From Alphaproteobacteria bacterium (GTDB lineage Bacteria > Pseudomonadota > Alphaproteobacteria > SHVV01), in NCBI GenBank assembly GCA_965261735.1, contig OZ253470.1:1344001-1408000 (forward strand): 64,000 bases of DNA, read 5' to 3'. The notes below the pieces were generated by a model, which saw nothing but the letters and a program-made list of their open reading frames with translations, searched no databases and was not told the origin of the DNA. The position numbers were made by a program, and so were the translations under genes. Each line of letters opens with the position of its first letter. Position 1 is the stretch's first letter. Positions 10,031-24,057 of this stretch are shown piece after piece.

Positions 10031-10781
10031 CTAGCCGCGGCAGGCCTCTATTTCCGCTGTATTCAGGATTCGCAACACGGCATTTGGATACGCCCGCGAC
10101 AATAGGAGCTGCCGCGTCCCTCCCCATGTCCCTCCCGTCGCGCCCGCCACTACCCGCACCACCAGGTCGTCGAGCCCGTCGCCGTTGAAGTCGCCGCGCG
10201 CCATCGCCTCGACGCCAACGCTCATTCCCGGCGACTCGAACTCCATTTCATTTGGGCCAGCAATCTTGATTTTGCTCACCTCAGAAGCCTGGGCGAGCGG
10301 GATACCCTTTTCGTTGGCCTCGCATTGCCATCTCACCCCGCTGGTAAAGGGATGCAGATCGACCATGGCCGGCAGGTAGTTGATCGCGTCGGCGTCGAGC
10401 GCGAACTCCCGAACGTGGCTCTTTCGCGCCGGTTTCGCGTGCCGCAGCAATTCGATGATGCGGCACGTTATCTCGTTATACTATAGGGCCTTAAAGTTTG
10501 GGTTTATGCGCGCTTCGTAGCCCTGCGCCGCCCAATGCTTGAGCGAGTTGCAGTTGTCGACATGCGCGCTCTTCCGCTCCCCCCCCCTTGCCCTTGTAGA
10601 CGGTGAAGTCGAGCGTCCGCCGCGCAAGCCTCTCGTCGATGTCACCGAGGCTTTCAAGCTCCAGCGCCGGAGACCACCACACCGGGTAGGCTTCTTCCTC
10701 GGCCATCGAGTGCGATGCCGCGAGCGCCGCTGTCATTGCGGCCGCGAGCAGCCGTGCCGATCGCCTCGCCCCACGCCTCAT
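10031..10781 (-). pseudogene. Secreted 'YPVWW' family protein, disrupted by a G9 tract (10579-10587) and an in-frame TAG (10481-10483)
   Basis: Signal peptide, then YPVWWSP. G8 restores the frame through DNCNSLKHWAAQGY...*...CRIIELLRHAKPARKSHVREF to a C-terminal GDFNGDGLDD loop; colinear with 62626-63050. Confidence 0.7.
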
Positions 10782-10893
10782 GAAGACATCCTACGGCAGT
10801 CCTCATCCACGATGCATCCACATTCGCAACCTGTGGCTGCGGGGCCGCCCCGGGGGTGCGCCGCGGCGTACGCGTAGTGTATAGTCGCCGGCC

Positions 10894-12471
10894 ATGTCCG
10901 GTTCGCGCCCACGCCCGCTGGTGCTCTGCGTCCTCGATGGCTGGGGCCATCGCCGCGAGACCGACCACAACGCGATAGCACTGGCGCAGACGCCCCACTA
11001 CGACGGTTTCCTGAGCCATTGCCCGCACAGCCTGCTCGCCGCCTCGGCCGCCGACGTCGGCTTGGCGGCGGGGCAGATGGGCAACTCCGAGGTCGGCCAC
11101 ATGAACCTCGGTGCGGGCCGCGTGGTGGTCCAGGACCTACCGCGCGTGGACGCCGCGATCGCCGACCGCAGCCTGTTCGCGGCGCCGGCTTTCGCGCGCC
11201 TCGCCGAGCACCTTGGCCGCGGCGGCACCTGCCACCTCATGGGCCTGCTCTCGCCCGGCGGCGTGCACGCCCACCAGGCGCATTTGGCCGCGCTCGCCCG
11301 CGCACTGACTGAGCGCGGAGTCCGCGTCGCGCTGCACGCCTTCCTCGACGGCCGCGACACGCCGCCCCGGAGCGCGCGCGACCACCTCGCGCGCTACTTG
11401 GCCGATACCGCCGACCTCGAGGACCATGCGGTGGCGACCCTGTGTGGGCGCTACTACGCGATGGACCGTGACAAGCGCTGGCCGCGCGTGGCCGAGGCGT
11501 ACGGCGCCATCATCGACGCCGCGGGCGCGCACGCCGCCGATCCGCTCGCCGCCATCGAGGCCGCCTACGCGGTCGACCTCGGCGATGAGTTCGTGGTGCC
11601 GACCGCGATCGGCGACTACACCGGGATGCGTGACGGTGACGGGCTGCTGATGGCCAACTTCCGCTCCGACCGGGCGCGCGAGATTCTCGCAGCCCTTGTC
11701 GAGCCCGATTTCGACGGCTTCGTCCGACCGCGCACGGTCTCGCTCATCGCCGCCGGCATGGTCGAATATTCGGCCGCGCTCAATGCTCACATGCCAGCGC
11801 TGCTGCCCGCCCTCGACGTCGAGGCGACCCTCGGCGAGCTCATCGCGCGGGCCGGCTTGAGCCAGCTGCGCATCGCCGAAACCGAGAAGTACGCGCACGT
11901 CACCTTCTTCTTCAGCGGCGGCCGCGAGGCGCCGTTCCCGGCCGAGGAGCGCATTCTCGTGCCCTCGCCCAAGGTCGCCACCTACGACCTCAAGCCGGAG
12001 ATGTCGGCCGTCGAAGTAACCGACCGGCTGGTCGCGGCGATCGACGAGGGGCGCTTCGATTTCATCCTCGTCAACTACGCCAACACGGACATGGTCGGCC
12101 ACACCGGCATCCTGCCCGCGGCGGTGCGCGCGGTCGAAGCGGTCGACCCTTGCCTCGGCCGGCTCGCTGACGCGGTGCGCCGCGCGGGTGGCGCCCTGAT
12201 CGTCACCGCCGACCATGGTAACGCCGAGCGCATGCACGACCCCGGCGCCGGCCAGCCGCACACCCAGCACACCACGGAACTCGTCCCGCTGATCCTCGCC
12301 GTGCCGCCGCGCCAGGGGCTGGCGCTACGCGACGGCCGGCTCGCCGACGTCGCCCCCACGGCGCTCGCGCTCCTCGGGCTCGCACAGCCCGCCGCCATGG
12401 CGGGCCGGTCCCTGCTCGTGGCGGCGCGACAACGCAACGGCATCGGCGCCACGAGCAGCGCCAATGTTTGA
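10894..12471 (+). CDS. gpmI: 2,3-bisphosphoglycerate-independent phosphoglycerate mutase
   Basis: LDGWG, GQMGNSEVGH, GRYYAMDRD, AETEKYAHVTFF, TADHGNAE. Confidence 0.96.
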   Translation: MSGSRPRPLVLCVLDGWGHRRETDHNAIALAQTPHYDGFLSHCPHSLLAASAADVGLAAGQMGNSEVGHMNLGAGRVVVQDLPRVDAAIADRSLFAAPAFARLAEHLGRGGTCHLMGLLSPGGVHAHQAHLAALARALTERGVRVALHAFLDGRDTPPRSARDHLARYLADTADLEDHAVATLCGRYYAMDRDKRWPRVAEAYGAIIDAAGAHAADPLAAIEAAYAVDLGDEFVVPTAIGDYTGMRDGDGLLMANFRSDRAREILAALVEPDFDGFVRPRTVSLIAAGMVEYSAALNAHMPALLPALDVEATLGELIARAGLSQLRIAETEKYAHVTFFFSGGREAPFPAEERILVPSPKVATYDLKPEMSAVEVTDRLVAAIDEGRFDFILVNYANTDMVGHTGILPAAVRAVEAVDPCLGRLADAVRRAGGALIVTADHGNAERMHDPGAGQPHTQHTTELVPLILAVPPRQGLALRDGRLADVAPTALALLGLAQPAAMAGRSLLVAARQRNGIGATSSANV

Positions 12472-13636
12472 GCGCATCCACTTCGCCGCCGCGCCCGCGC
12501 TGGCTCTGGCGCTGTGGGCCGTCGCGCCGGCCGCGGCCGCAGCCGAGGAGGCGCCGCGCCAGCGGCTCGAGGCGATCGAGCGGGCGCTCCATGAGGGGCG
12601 GGAGCGGGCGCGCGAGCTGGAGCGGGAAGCGGGAGCGCTCGAGCGCGAGGTCGGCGACTTACGCGCACGGCTGATCGCGGCGGCGGCGGTGGCGCGCCGC
12701 GAGGAGACGGCGGTCGTGGCCCTCGAGCGTAGGCTTCGGGCCTTCGAGGCCGAAGAGGCGAGCAGGAGTGCCGATCTCAAGCGCCGGCACCAGGCGCTGG
12801 CGGCGACGCTGGGCGCCCTGCAGCGGCTCGCCTACCGGCCGCCCGAAGCGCTCATCGTCAGCGCCGCGCCGCCCGTCGAGACCTTGCGCAGCGCGCTGCT
12901 GTTGGGCGCCCTCGTGCCCGAGCTCGAGGCGCGGGCGGCGGCACTCGGCGCCGAACTCAGCGCGCTCAAGGCGGTGCGCGAGGAGGTCGCCGAGGAAAAA
13001 CAACAGCTTGTGGGCGCATTGGCCCGCCTCGATAAGGAGCGGCAGGCGCTCGACCGTCTGATCGAGCGGCAGGCGCGGCGCCACCAGAGTGCCAGCGCCG
13101 CCTATCTCGAGCAGCAGCGGCGCCTCGCTCGCCTAGCCGCCGAGAGCAAGGACCTACACTCTCTCATGGCCAGGATCGCGAACACGCCCGCGGCCCCCGA
13201 TGTCGATCCCGCGCCACCGCGCCGATCCTTCATGGCGGCGCGCGGAACCATGCCCTTTCCGGTGCTCGGCACCATTGCGCGCAGGTTTGGCGAACCCGGC
13301 GAATTCGGCCGGGCGACCAAGGGAATCACCATCCTCGCCCGGCGCGGCGCCGAGGTGATTGCGCCACACGACGGGCGCATCGTGTTCGCGGGGCCGTTCC
13401 GCGGCTACGGGCTCCTCTTGATAATCAGCCACGGCGAGCGATATCATACTTTGATCGCGGGCATGGCCCGCATAGATGGTGTCGTAGGTCAACGGCTGCT
13501 CGCCGGTGAGCCGGTTGGGCGCATGGGCGAAGCGACGGACCTTCAACCGAGGTTATATGTCGAGTTGCGCCGGGCGGGCGAGCCGATCAACCCGCTACCC
13601 TGGCTGAGCGCGAGCGAAGGAAAGGTAAGCGGATAA
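12464..13636 (+). CDS. EnvC-like murein hydrolase activator (coiled coil plus M23 domain)
   Basis: Signal peptide, long coiled coil, FAGPFRGYG...LYVELR; lies between gpmI and ctpA. Confidence 0.88.
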   Translation: MFERIHFAAAPALALALWAVAPAAAAAEEAPRQRLEAIERALHEGRERARELEREAGALEREVGDLRARLIAAAAVARREETAVVALERRLRAFEAEEASRSADLKRRHQALAATLGALQRLAYRPPEALIVSAAPPVETLRSALLLGALVPELEARAAALGAELSALKAVREEVAEEKQQLVGALARLDKERQALDRLIERQARRHQSASAAYLEQQRRLARLAAESKDLHSLMARIANTPAAPDVDPAPPRRSFMAARGTMPFPVLGTIARRFGEPGEFGRATKGITILARRGAEVIAPHDGRIVFAGPFRGYGLLLIISHGERYHTLIAGMARIDGVVGQRLLAGEPVGRMGEATDLQPRLYVELRRAGEPINPLPWLSASEGKVSG

Positions 13637-14952
13637 TGCGGAAGCCCCTGGTGGCGGGCCTTGCCGGCCTGGCCCTTTTGCTGGTTCCCGCCGCGGCAAC
13701 CGCCGCGAGTTCGGACACTTATCGCCACCTCAACCTGTTCGGTGACGTGTTCGAGAGGATCCGCAAGGACTACGTCGAGGAAATCGACGAGGGCGAACTG
13801 ATCGAGGCCGCGATCAAGGGCATGCTGTCCTCTCTCGATCCCCATTCCAGCTACCTCAATCCCGAGTTCTTCAAGAAGATGAACGAGGATACGAGGGGCG
13901 CCTTCGGCGGGCTCGGGATCGAAGTGAGCATGGACCAGAACGGGCTCGTTCGGGTCATCGCGCCGATCATCGACACGCCGGCCTTTCGTGCCGGGGTCGA
14001 GGCGGGCGACCTGATCACCCACCTCGACGGCGAGCAGGTGTTGGGCATGACCCTGCACGAGGCGGTCGACAAGATGAAGGGGCAGATCAATACCGATATC
14101 ACGCTCACCATCCTGCGTACCGGCGCAGAGGAACCGCTCAGCATTACGATCAAGCGCGACACGATCAAGGTCAACCCGGTGCGTTTTCGCACCGAGGGCA
14201 ACGCCGCGTATGTGTGGATCACGACGTTCAACGAGCAAGCCGAATCAGGCCTCAAGAAGGCAATGGCGAGCCTCGGCGCCGAACTCGGCGAGGCCATCGA
14301 GGGCGTCATCCTCGACTTGCGCGGCAATCCCGGCGGTCTGCTCGACCAGGCGATCGCGATCTCCGATGCCTTCCTCAACCAGGGCGAGATCGTATCAACC
14401 CGCGGGCGTCAGCCCGAGGACGCCAACCGCTACAACGCGCGCGAGGGCGACATCGCCAACGGCAAGCCGATTATCGTGTTGATCAACAGCCAATCGGCCT
14501 CGGCCTCGGAAATCGTCGCCGGCGCGCTGCAGGACCACGAGCGCGCGATCATCATGGGCACCAAGTCCTTCGGCAAGGGTTCGGTACAGACCATCATGCC
14601 GTTGGCCGGCCGCGGCGCCATCAAGCTCACGACGTCGCGCTACTTTACGCCGTCGGGTCGGTCGATCCAGGCGACCGGTATCGTGCCCGATATCGTCGTC
14701 GAGCAGGCGCGTATTGAGCGGCTCGAAAGCGAGCCGGAGCGTAGCGAGGCCAACCTGCGCAACCACCTCAAAGGCGAGGGCACCGAGTCGCCGAGCGCGG
14801 TGCAGCCGGGCGCCGACGCGACCGAGCCCGAGCCGGCGGCGAGCGCGGATGCGGCTGGGGCACAGCCCGAGAAGCTCGAGGACTACCAGCTCGCGCGAGC
14901 CATCGACCTGCTGCGCGGCATCTCCATGTTCGGCGATCGCCTCGCGAACTGA
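13636..14952 (+). CDS. ctpA: S41 carboxy-terminal processing protease
   Basis: LDPHSSY, PDZ FGGLGIEV, DLRGNPGG, SASASEIVAGALQD, FGKGSVQ. Confidence 0.94.
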   Translation: MRKPLVAGLAGLALLLVPAAATAASSDTYRHLNLFGDVFERIRKDYVEEIDEGELIEAAIKGMLSSLDPHSSYLNPEFFKKMNEDTRGAFGGLGIEVSMDQNGLVRVIAPIIDTPAFRAGVEAGDLITHLDGEQVLGMTLHEAVDKMKGQINTDITLTILRTGAEEPLSITIKRDTIKVNPVRFRTEGNAAYVWITTFNEQAESGLKKAMASLGAELGEAIEGVILDLRGNPGGLLDQAIAISDAFLNQGEIVSTRGRQPEDANRYNAREGDIANGKPIIVLINSQSASASEIVAGALQDHERAIIMGTKSFGKGSVQTIMPLAGRGAIKLTTSRYFTPSGRSIQATGIVPDIVVEQARIERLESEPERSEANLRNHLKGEGTESPSAVQPGADATEPEPAASADAAGAQPEKLEDYQLARAIDLLRGISMFGDRLAN

Positions 14953-14984
14953 CAGCGCCGACGGGGGCCTGACGGCGGCACGAC

Positions 14985-16403
14985 GTGGCAAGAGGACCCT
15001 CGGCGCAGCGACGAGAGGCAAGGCAGGAAGGACGACCACGGCGGCGAGTTGGCGCACTCGCCATAGCCTCTCTCTCGCTTGCGGTGCTCCTGGGTGCTTT
15101 GGTCGGGTGGCTCGCGGTCAGCGATGAGGCGCGCCGACGCTCAGCGTCCGCCGGCATCACCACGGTAGTCCTTGACATGCCGCCACCGCCGGCGAGCGGC
15201 GGGACGGCCCCCGAGGGTAAGGCCGAGGCCACCGAAACGCCTCCCGCGCCCACGCCGGCCGCAGCGGACGGGGCGGGCCCAGGGCCCTCGATTGCAGGCG
15301 ATACGCCAGAACCCTCGATCGTACCCTCGATCGCGGAGGCCGCGCCGCCCGCGGCAGGCGAGCCCGCGCCACCGGTGCAAGAGGCCCGGGCCGAGGCCAA
15401 GGTAGAGGCAGAGGCAGAGGCAGAGGCAGAGCCGGCACCCGACGTCGCTGGCCATGCCGAAGAGTCTCCGTCCGCCGGCGGCGAGCAGCCCGCGTCACCG
15501 ACCGAGGAAGCCGAGAAAGCGCCCACGCGGGTCGCCGCTGCGGCGCCGGAAACGCCGCCGCCAAGCCCGCCGGCAGGCGCCCTGGGGCCGCAGATAGCGC
15601 TCGCCCCGGTGCCGGACCCGGGCCTGGTACGGGACAGCCCCGATGGGCCGCTGCCCGTCATCGCTCCCGACGGCCGGGAGCCCTGGCGGGTTTATGCCCG
15701 GCCGTTCAGCACGGCCAGCGACCGGCCGCGTGTCGCCATCCTGTTGCGCGGCATCGGTCTCAGCCAATCGGCGTCCAATGCCGCCATTCAGCAGCTACCA
15801 GGTGAAATCACACTGGCGTTGGCGGCCTACGCCCCCAACCTCACCACCTGGGTCGCCACCGCGCGCGCGGCCGGTCACGAGGTGCTGCTGCAGGTGCCGA
15901 TGGAGCCGCACGACTACCCGGCAAGCGACCCGGGACCCCACACCCTGTTGACCTCGTTGTCCGCGGACGCGAACGGCGAGAGGCTGCAATGGCTCCTCGG
16001 CCGGTTCGCCGGATATGTCGGCATCGCCAACATTGCGGGGGCCAAGTTCGCGACCTCGCCGGACCACGTGCGGCCCATCCTGCTGGCGCTCAAGGAGCGC
16101 GGGCTGATGATCGTGGACGGGCGCGCCGCCCGCAACAGTCTGCTGGCCCCGATCAGCGGCGAGGTCGGCGTTCCTCACGCGATCAACAACCGGGTCATCG
16201 ACAACGAAGCCTCGCGCGTCGCCATCGACGCGCGCCTGTTAGAGCTCGAACGCATCGCCCAATCGGTGGGCTTTGCGGTCGGTATCGGCTACCCCTTCCC
16301 GGTTACCATCGAGCGCCTCGCCGCCTGGGTGAAGACGCTCGATCAGAAGGGCTTGGCGCTGGCGCCGGTGTCGGCCGTCGCGGTGAGCGAGGGCGGCGAG
16401 TGA
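14985..16403 (+). CDS. Divergent polysaccharide deacetylase (YibQ-like) with membrane anchor and long Pro/Ala/Glu linker
   Basis: GHEVLLQVPMEP, DPGPHTL, AVGIGYPFPVTIE; TM helix near the N-terminus. Confidence 0.88.
   Translation: MARGPSAQRREARQEGRPRRRVGALAIASLSLAVLLGALVGWLAVSDEARRRSASAGITTVVLDMPPPPASGGTAPEGKAEATETPPAPTPAAADGAGPGPSIAGDTPEPSIVPSIAEAAPPAAGEPAPPVQEARAEAKVEAEAEAEAEPAPDVAGHAEESPSAGGEQPASPTEEAEKAPTRVAAAAPETPPPSPPAGALGPQIALAPVPDPGLVRDSPDGPLPVIAPDGREPWRVYARPFSTASDRPRVAILLRGIGLSQSASNAAIQQLPGEITLALAAYAPNLTTWVATARAAGHEVLLQVPMEPHDYPASDPGPHTLLTSLSADANGERLQWLLGRFAGYVGIANIAGAKFATSPDHVRPILLALKERGLMIVDGRAARNSLLAPISGEVGVPHAINNRVIDNEASRVAIDARLLELERIAQSVGFAVGIGYPFPVTIERLAAWVKTLDQKGLALAPVSAVAVSEGGE
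15405..15431 (+). repeat. (GAGGCA)4 in-frame hexamer repeat encoding EAEAEAEAE
   Basis: Four exact tandem copies plus GAG. Confidence 0.85.
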
Positions 16404-16921
16404 GCCCACCCCGAAAGGGCGGGCTCGCGTACCGCCGCGGCGTCGGCATGATGGTGCTCAACGAATGCAATCGGGTGCTCGTCGCGCGCCGGCGCGATAT
16501 CTCGGCGGAGGCCTGGCAGATGCCCCAAGGCGGCATCGACCGCGGCGAGACGCCACGCCGCGCGGCGCTGCGCGAGCTGGGCGAGGAGATCGGCACCGAC
16601 AGGGCGGTGATCATCGGCGAGAGCCGCGGTTGGCTGAGCTACGACCTGCCGCCCGACCTGGTCGGCAAGGCCCTGCGCGGCCGCTATCGAGGCCAACGCC
16701 AGAAATGGTTCGTCCTGCGCTTCACGGGCAGTGAGCGCGATATCGACGTCGCCGGCGCTCACGCCGAATTCACCGACTGGAAATGGATCCCCGTCGAGGA
16801 GCTGCCCGACATCATCGTCGGCTTCAAGCGTCCCCTCTACGAGGCGATTCTCGCCGAGTTTCGCGCCCTACTCGAAGGGGACGGGGCGGCCGGTAAGGCG
16901 GCGACGCGGTCGCAGCGTTGA
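16400..16921 (+). CDS. rppH: RNA pyrophosphohydrolase
   Basis: YRRGVG, WQMPQGGID, Nudix RELGEEIG, YRGQRQKWF; GTGA overlap with the upstream stop. Confidence 0.92.
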   Translation: MSPPRKGGLAYRRGVGMMVLNECNRVLVARRRDISAEAWQMPQGGIDRGETPRRAALRELGEEIGTDRAVIIGESRGWLSYDLPPDLVGKALRGRYRGQRQKWFVLRFTGSERDIDVAGAHAEFTDWKWIPVEELPDIIVGFKRPLYEAILAEFRALLEGDGAAGKAATRSQR

Positions 16922-16989
16922 CGTGGTCACAGTGGTGACGCGGTCACGACGATGACGCAGCGCCCTCGCGCGCACTGACGCCGCGGCCC

Positions 16990-18204
16990 ATGAGCGATGC
17001 GCCTGCCCCCGGCCTCACCCGCGCGCTCGGCCTGTGGCGACTGGTCTTCTATGCGCTCGGCACCATTATCGGCGCCGGCATCTACGTGCTGCTGGGAGAG
17101 GTCGCCGGGCGCGCGGGCGCCTCGACACCGCTCTCCTTCATCACCGCCGGCGCCCTCGCCGCGTTGACCGGACTGTCCTATGCGGAACTCGCGGCCCGCC
17201 ACCCCGAGGCCGCCGGCGCCGCCGCGTACGTCCGCCACGCGTTCAACTCGGATGCGCTCTCGCACGTGGTCGGCCTCGCCATCGCCGCCGCCACGGTGGT
17301 CGCGGCGGCCTCGATCGCCCGCGGCAGCGCCGGGTACCTGCAGCAGTTCGTCTCCTTGCCCGACGCGCTCCTGGCTGGCGGGGTCGTCGTGGCGTTCACG
17401 GCCGTGGCCTGCGTTGCGGTGACCCTCAGCGTTGGCGCGGCGGCACTATTGTCGGTGGTCGAGGTCGCCGGCCTGCTTCTGGTGATTCTCGTTGGCGCCC
17501 CGGCGCTACTCGATTTCCCGGCGCACGCCGGCGCGCTCATCCCCGATGACGCGGCCGGCTGGCGCGCCACGATGGGGGGCGCCTTCCTCGCCTTCTTCGC
17601 CTTTCTCGGCTTCGAGTCGCTGACCAACATGGCCGAGGAAACGAAGGACCCGAGCCGCACTTTGCCGCGGGCGATCCTGCTCGCCATCGCCATCACCGCC
17701 TTCTTCTACACCGTGGTGGCGCTGGTCGCCGTGCTCGCCGTTCCGCCGAGCGAACTCGCCTACTCGAAGGCCGCCCTCCTCCTGATCGTCGCGCGCGCGC
17801 CCATCGATGTGGTGGCGGTGTTCGCGGTCATCGCCGGCATCTCGACGGTCAACGGCGTGTTGGTCGAGATATTGCGGGTCTCACGGCTCACCTACGGCAT
17901 GGCGCGCGTGGGATTGCTGCCGCACTTCCTGCAGCGGGTCAACGCGCGCACCCGCACGCCCGTCAACACCACGGTGCTTGTCGGCGGCATCACGCTGGCG
18001 CTCACGGTGACGCTCGATTTCGGTGTCCTCGTCCGCGCGACCAGTGCGGTGACGCTGTTGATCTTTATTGCCGTCAACCTAGCGCTGTGGCGGCTCAAGC
18101 GGCGCGATCCGCGGCCCGAGCTCAGCTTTCATGCGCCGCGCTGGGCGCCGCCGGTGGGGGCGGCCGCCTGCGCCGGCCTGATCGTGGCGGAACTGTCGAG
18201 GTAG
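16990..18204 (+). CDS. APC-superfamily amino acid permease
   Basis: GTIIGAGIY, SYAELAAR, FAFLGFE, AEETKDPSRTLPRA; many TM helices. Confidence 0.9.
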   Translation: MSDAPAPGLTRALGLWRLVFYALGTIIGAGIYVLLGEVAGRAGASTPLSFITAGALAALTGLSYAELAARHPEAAGAAAYVRHAFNSDALSHVVGLAIAAATVVAAASIARGSAGYLQQFVSLPDALLAGGVVVAFTAVACVAVTLSVGAAALLSVVEVAGLLLVILVGAPALLDFPAHAGALIPDDAAGWRATMGGAFLAFFAFLGFESLTNMAEETKDPSRTLPRAILLAIAITAFFYTVVALVAVLAVPPSELAYSKAALLLIVARAPIDVVAVFAVIAGISTVNGVLVEILRVSRLTYGMARVGLLPHFLQRVNARTRTPVNTTVLVGGITLALTVTLDFGVLVRATSAVTLLIFIAVNLALWRLKRRDPRPELSFHAPRWAPPVGAAACAGLIVAELSR

Positions 18205-18205
18205 G

Positions 18206-19024
18206 TTATGCGGCCAAGCGGTCAAGGTGGCGGACGCGGACGCGCATGAGCCACCAGACGGCGCGCGCGGCCATCGCAGCGAGGGTGCCGTGCGGGTTGA
18301 GCCCGACCGCCTTGAGGATCATGGCGATGCCGCGGACGACATGGTCGTAACGGTAGAGGGGATAGGTGCGGCGAACATAGGCGCGGTTGAAGCGCCGCCG
18401 GTCGTAGGGAGCGCTCTCGCCGAGCCCGCAATAGTAGGCGTAGGCGAGCTCGTCGTCGTTGCTCTCGATGAAACGAACGAGCGAGGCACGCAGGCGAGTG
18501 AGCAGCACCGGTCGCTCGCGCGCGAGGTAGCGCTGGAGATGGGTGTAGAACAGCTTGTAGTGGCGGATTTCATCCCTCGCGATGTGGCGGCAGATGGCCT
18601 TGAGCGCGGGCTCGTCGGTGGCGTCGCGCAGAGCGCTGTAGAACGAGCTCGTGCCGACCTCGACCATGCAGCGCGCGATGAGCTCGCCGCTGCGCGAACC
18701 GCGTACCGATTCGGTCGCCGTCAGCGGAAGCCGGTGCTTTTCCGTGTAGCGCGCGAAGCTGGCTGCGAAATCGAACGACGGATCGGCGAGCTCGGCCCAG
18801 CGGCCGAGGGCACGCCCGTGCTGCAGCTCCTCCTCGCCCCAAGCCCGCGCCGCCGCGATGAACTCGGGATCGTCGCGGAACACGCTGGCGAGGTAGGCGA
18901 CGTAGTCCTCGGCATCGTGCTCGACCACGGATGCCGCCTTGACCGCCTCGAGCTCGGCCGGCTCAACCTTCGACGCGTCGAACCGGTGCCAAGGAATATC
19001 CTCCAGCGTCCAGTGCCTGCCCAT
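18206..19024 (-). CDS. Ferritin-like diiron domain protein
   Basis: HWTLEDIPW start; EELQH and DEIRH ExxH motifs; VEVGTSSFY. Confidence 0.85.
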   Translation of the reverse strand: MGRHWTLEDIPWHRFDASKVEPAELEAVKAASVVEHDAEDYVAYLASVFRDDPEFIAAARAWGEEELQHGRALGRWAELADPSFDFAASFARYTEKHRLPLTATESVRGSRSGELIARCMVEVGTSSFYSALRDATDEPALKAICRHIARDEIRHYKLFYTHLQRYLARERPVLLTRLRASLVRFIESNDDELAYAYYCGLGESAPYDRRRFNRAYVRRTYPLYRYDHVVRGIAMILKAVGLNPHGTLAAMAARAVWWLMRVRVRHLDRLAA

Positions 19025-19074
19025 CACGCCCCCGCGGTGCGTACTCTGGCAACAGCCCATTTTACCTTAGGCAA

Positions 19075-19103
19075 GGGCCTCCGCCAACCGCGGGGGGAGG
19101 CCC
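19075..19103 (-). terminator. GC hairpin immediately after the atpC stop
   Basis: GGGCCTCC 19075-19082 pairs with GGAGGCCC 19096-19103; U-tract is weak. Confidence 0.45.
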
Positions 19104-19505
19104 CTACGACAGCGCGCTCAACATGTCTTTCAGGAGCTGGAGCGCGCCTTCGGCGTGGTGGCGCTCGTCGTCGGTGGTGGCGTCTGCGAGATCTTCCTCG
19201 GTGTCGCGGATGCGCGCCTCAAGGGTGGCGCGGTCGAGCTCGGCCACCGGTACCGCCTCCTCGGCCAGCACCACGCACGCCTCGTTGGTGACCTCGGCGA
19301 AGCCGCCGCGCACGAACACGCGCTCGGGCGCGGCACCCTCGTCGTGGATCTCGATCACGCCGGGGCGCAGACCCGAAACGACCGGCTGGTGGCCCGCGAG
19401 GACCCCGAAGTCGCCCTCGGTGCCAGGAATAACGACCATGTCGGCCGCGACCGACATCACCAGGCGGTCGGGCGAGACCAGCTCGAAGGCGACCTTGTTG
19501 GCCAT
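19104..19505 (-). CDS. atpC: F1 ATP synthase epsilon subunit
   Basis: FELVSPDR, PGTEGDFGVLAGH, GGFAEV. Confidence 0.96.
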   Translation of the reverse strand: MANKVAFELVSPDRLVMSVAADMVVIPGTEGDFGVLAGHQPVVSGLRPGVIEIHDEGAAPERVFVRGGFAEVTNEACVVLAEEAVPVAELDRATLEARIRDTEEDLADATTDDERHHAEGALQLLKDMLSALS

Positions 19506-19517
19506 CGTAAGCAGGCC

Positions 19518-21852
<2,335 letters not shown>

Positions 21853-21902
21853 GAATCGCCTGGCTGAGCGCGCGCGTTGTGCCCGGATCCCCTATCCGGG
21901 GC

Positions 21903-23431
<1,529 letters not shown>

Positions 23432-23432
<1 letters not shown>

Positions 23433-23992
23433 CACCGGACCCCTTTCATGGCCAGCTCCAGGCGCTCGAGCTTGGTGCGTATCGAGGCATCGATCATGCG
23501 TGAGCCGAGGCGCACGACGAGCCCGCCGATGAGGCCGTCATCCACCTTGAGTGCGACCTTGACCTCGCGCCCCATGGCGCGCGCGAGGCCGGCGGCGAGC
23601 GCTTTCATCTGCGACGGGCTGAGCTCCTTGGCGGCGGCGACCTCGGCCGTGAGCTCGCCACGATGGTGGGCGAGCAGAGCGCGAAACGCGTCGATCATGG
23701 CGGCGAGCGCGAACAGCCGGCGGTTGTGCGCCACGAGCCCGAGGAAGCGCCGCGTGATCTCGTGCATCTCCGCCTTTTCCGCCAGCGCCGCCATGGCCCG
23801 GGCCTGGTCCTCGCGGGCCAGCACCGGGCTCCTCAGCAGTCGCCCGAGGTCCTCGCTTTCGGCCATCATCGCCACCAGCGAATCGAGGTCGTCGGCCACC
23901 GCATCGAGGACGCCGGCCTCTTCCGCCAGCTCGAACAAAGCGGAGGCGTAACGGCCGGCGAGGCCGGAGACGAACGAGCTTGCGGCAGCCAC
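23432..23992 (-). CDS. atpH: F1 ATP synthase delta subunit
   Basis: [28 protein letters not shown]. Confidence 0.96.
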
Positions 23993-24057
23993 CTGAGATG
24001 CCTTGGATTGACCTGGACCGGCTAATCTAGCCTTTTGAAAATACTGAACAAATGAAC

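Noticed and set aside
10481-10483. Pyrrolysine or amber read-through
   Set aside because: TAG is the normal stop for many genes here; no pyl machinery seen
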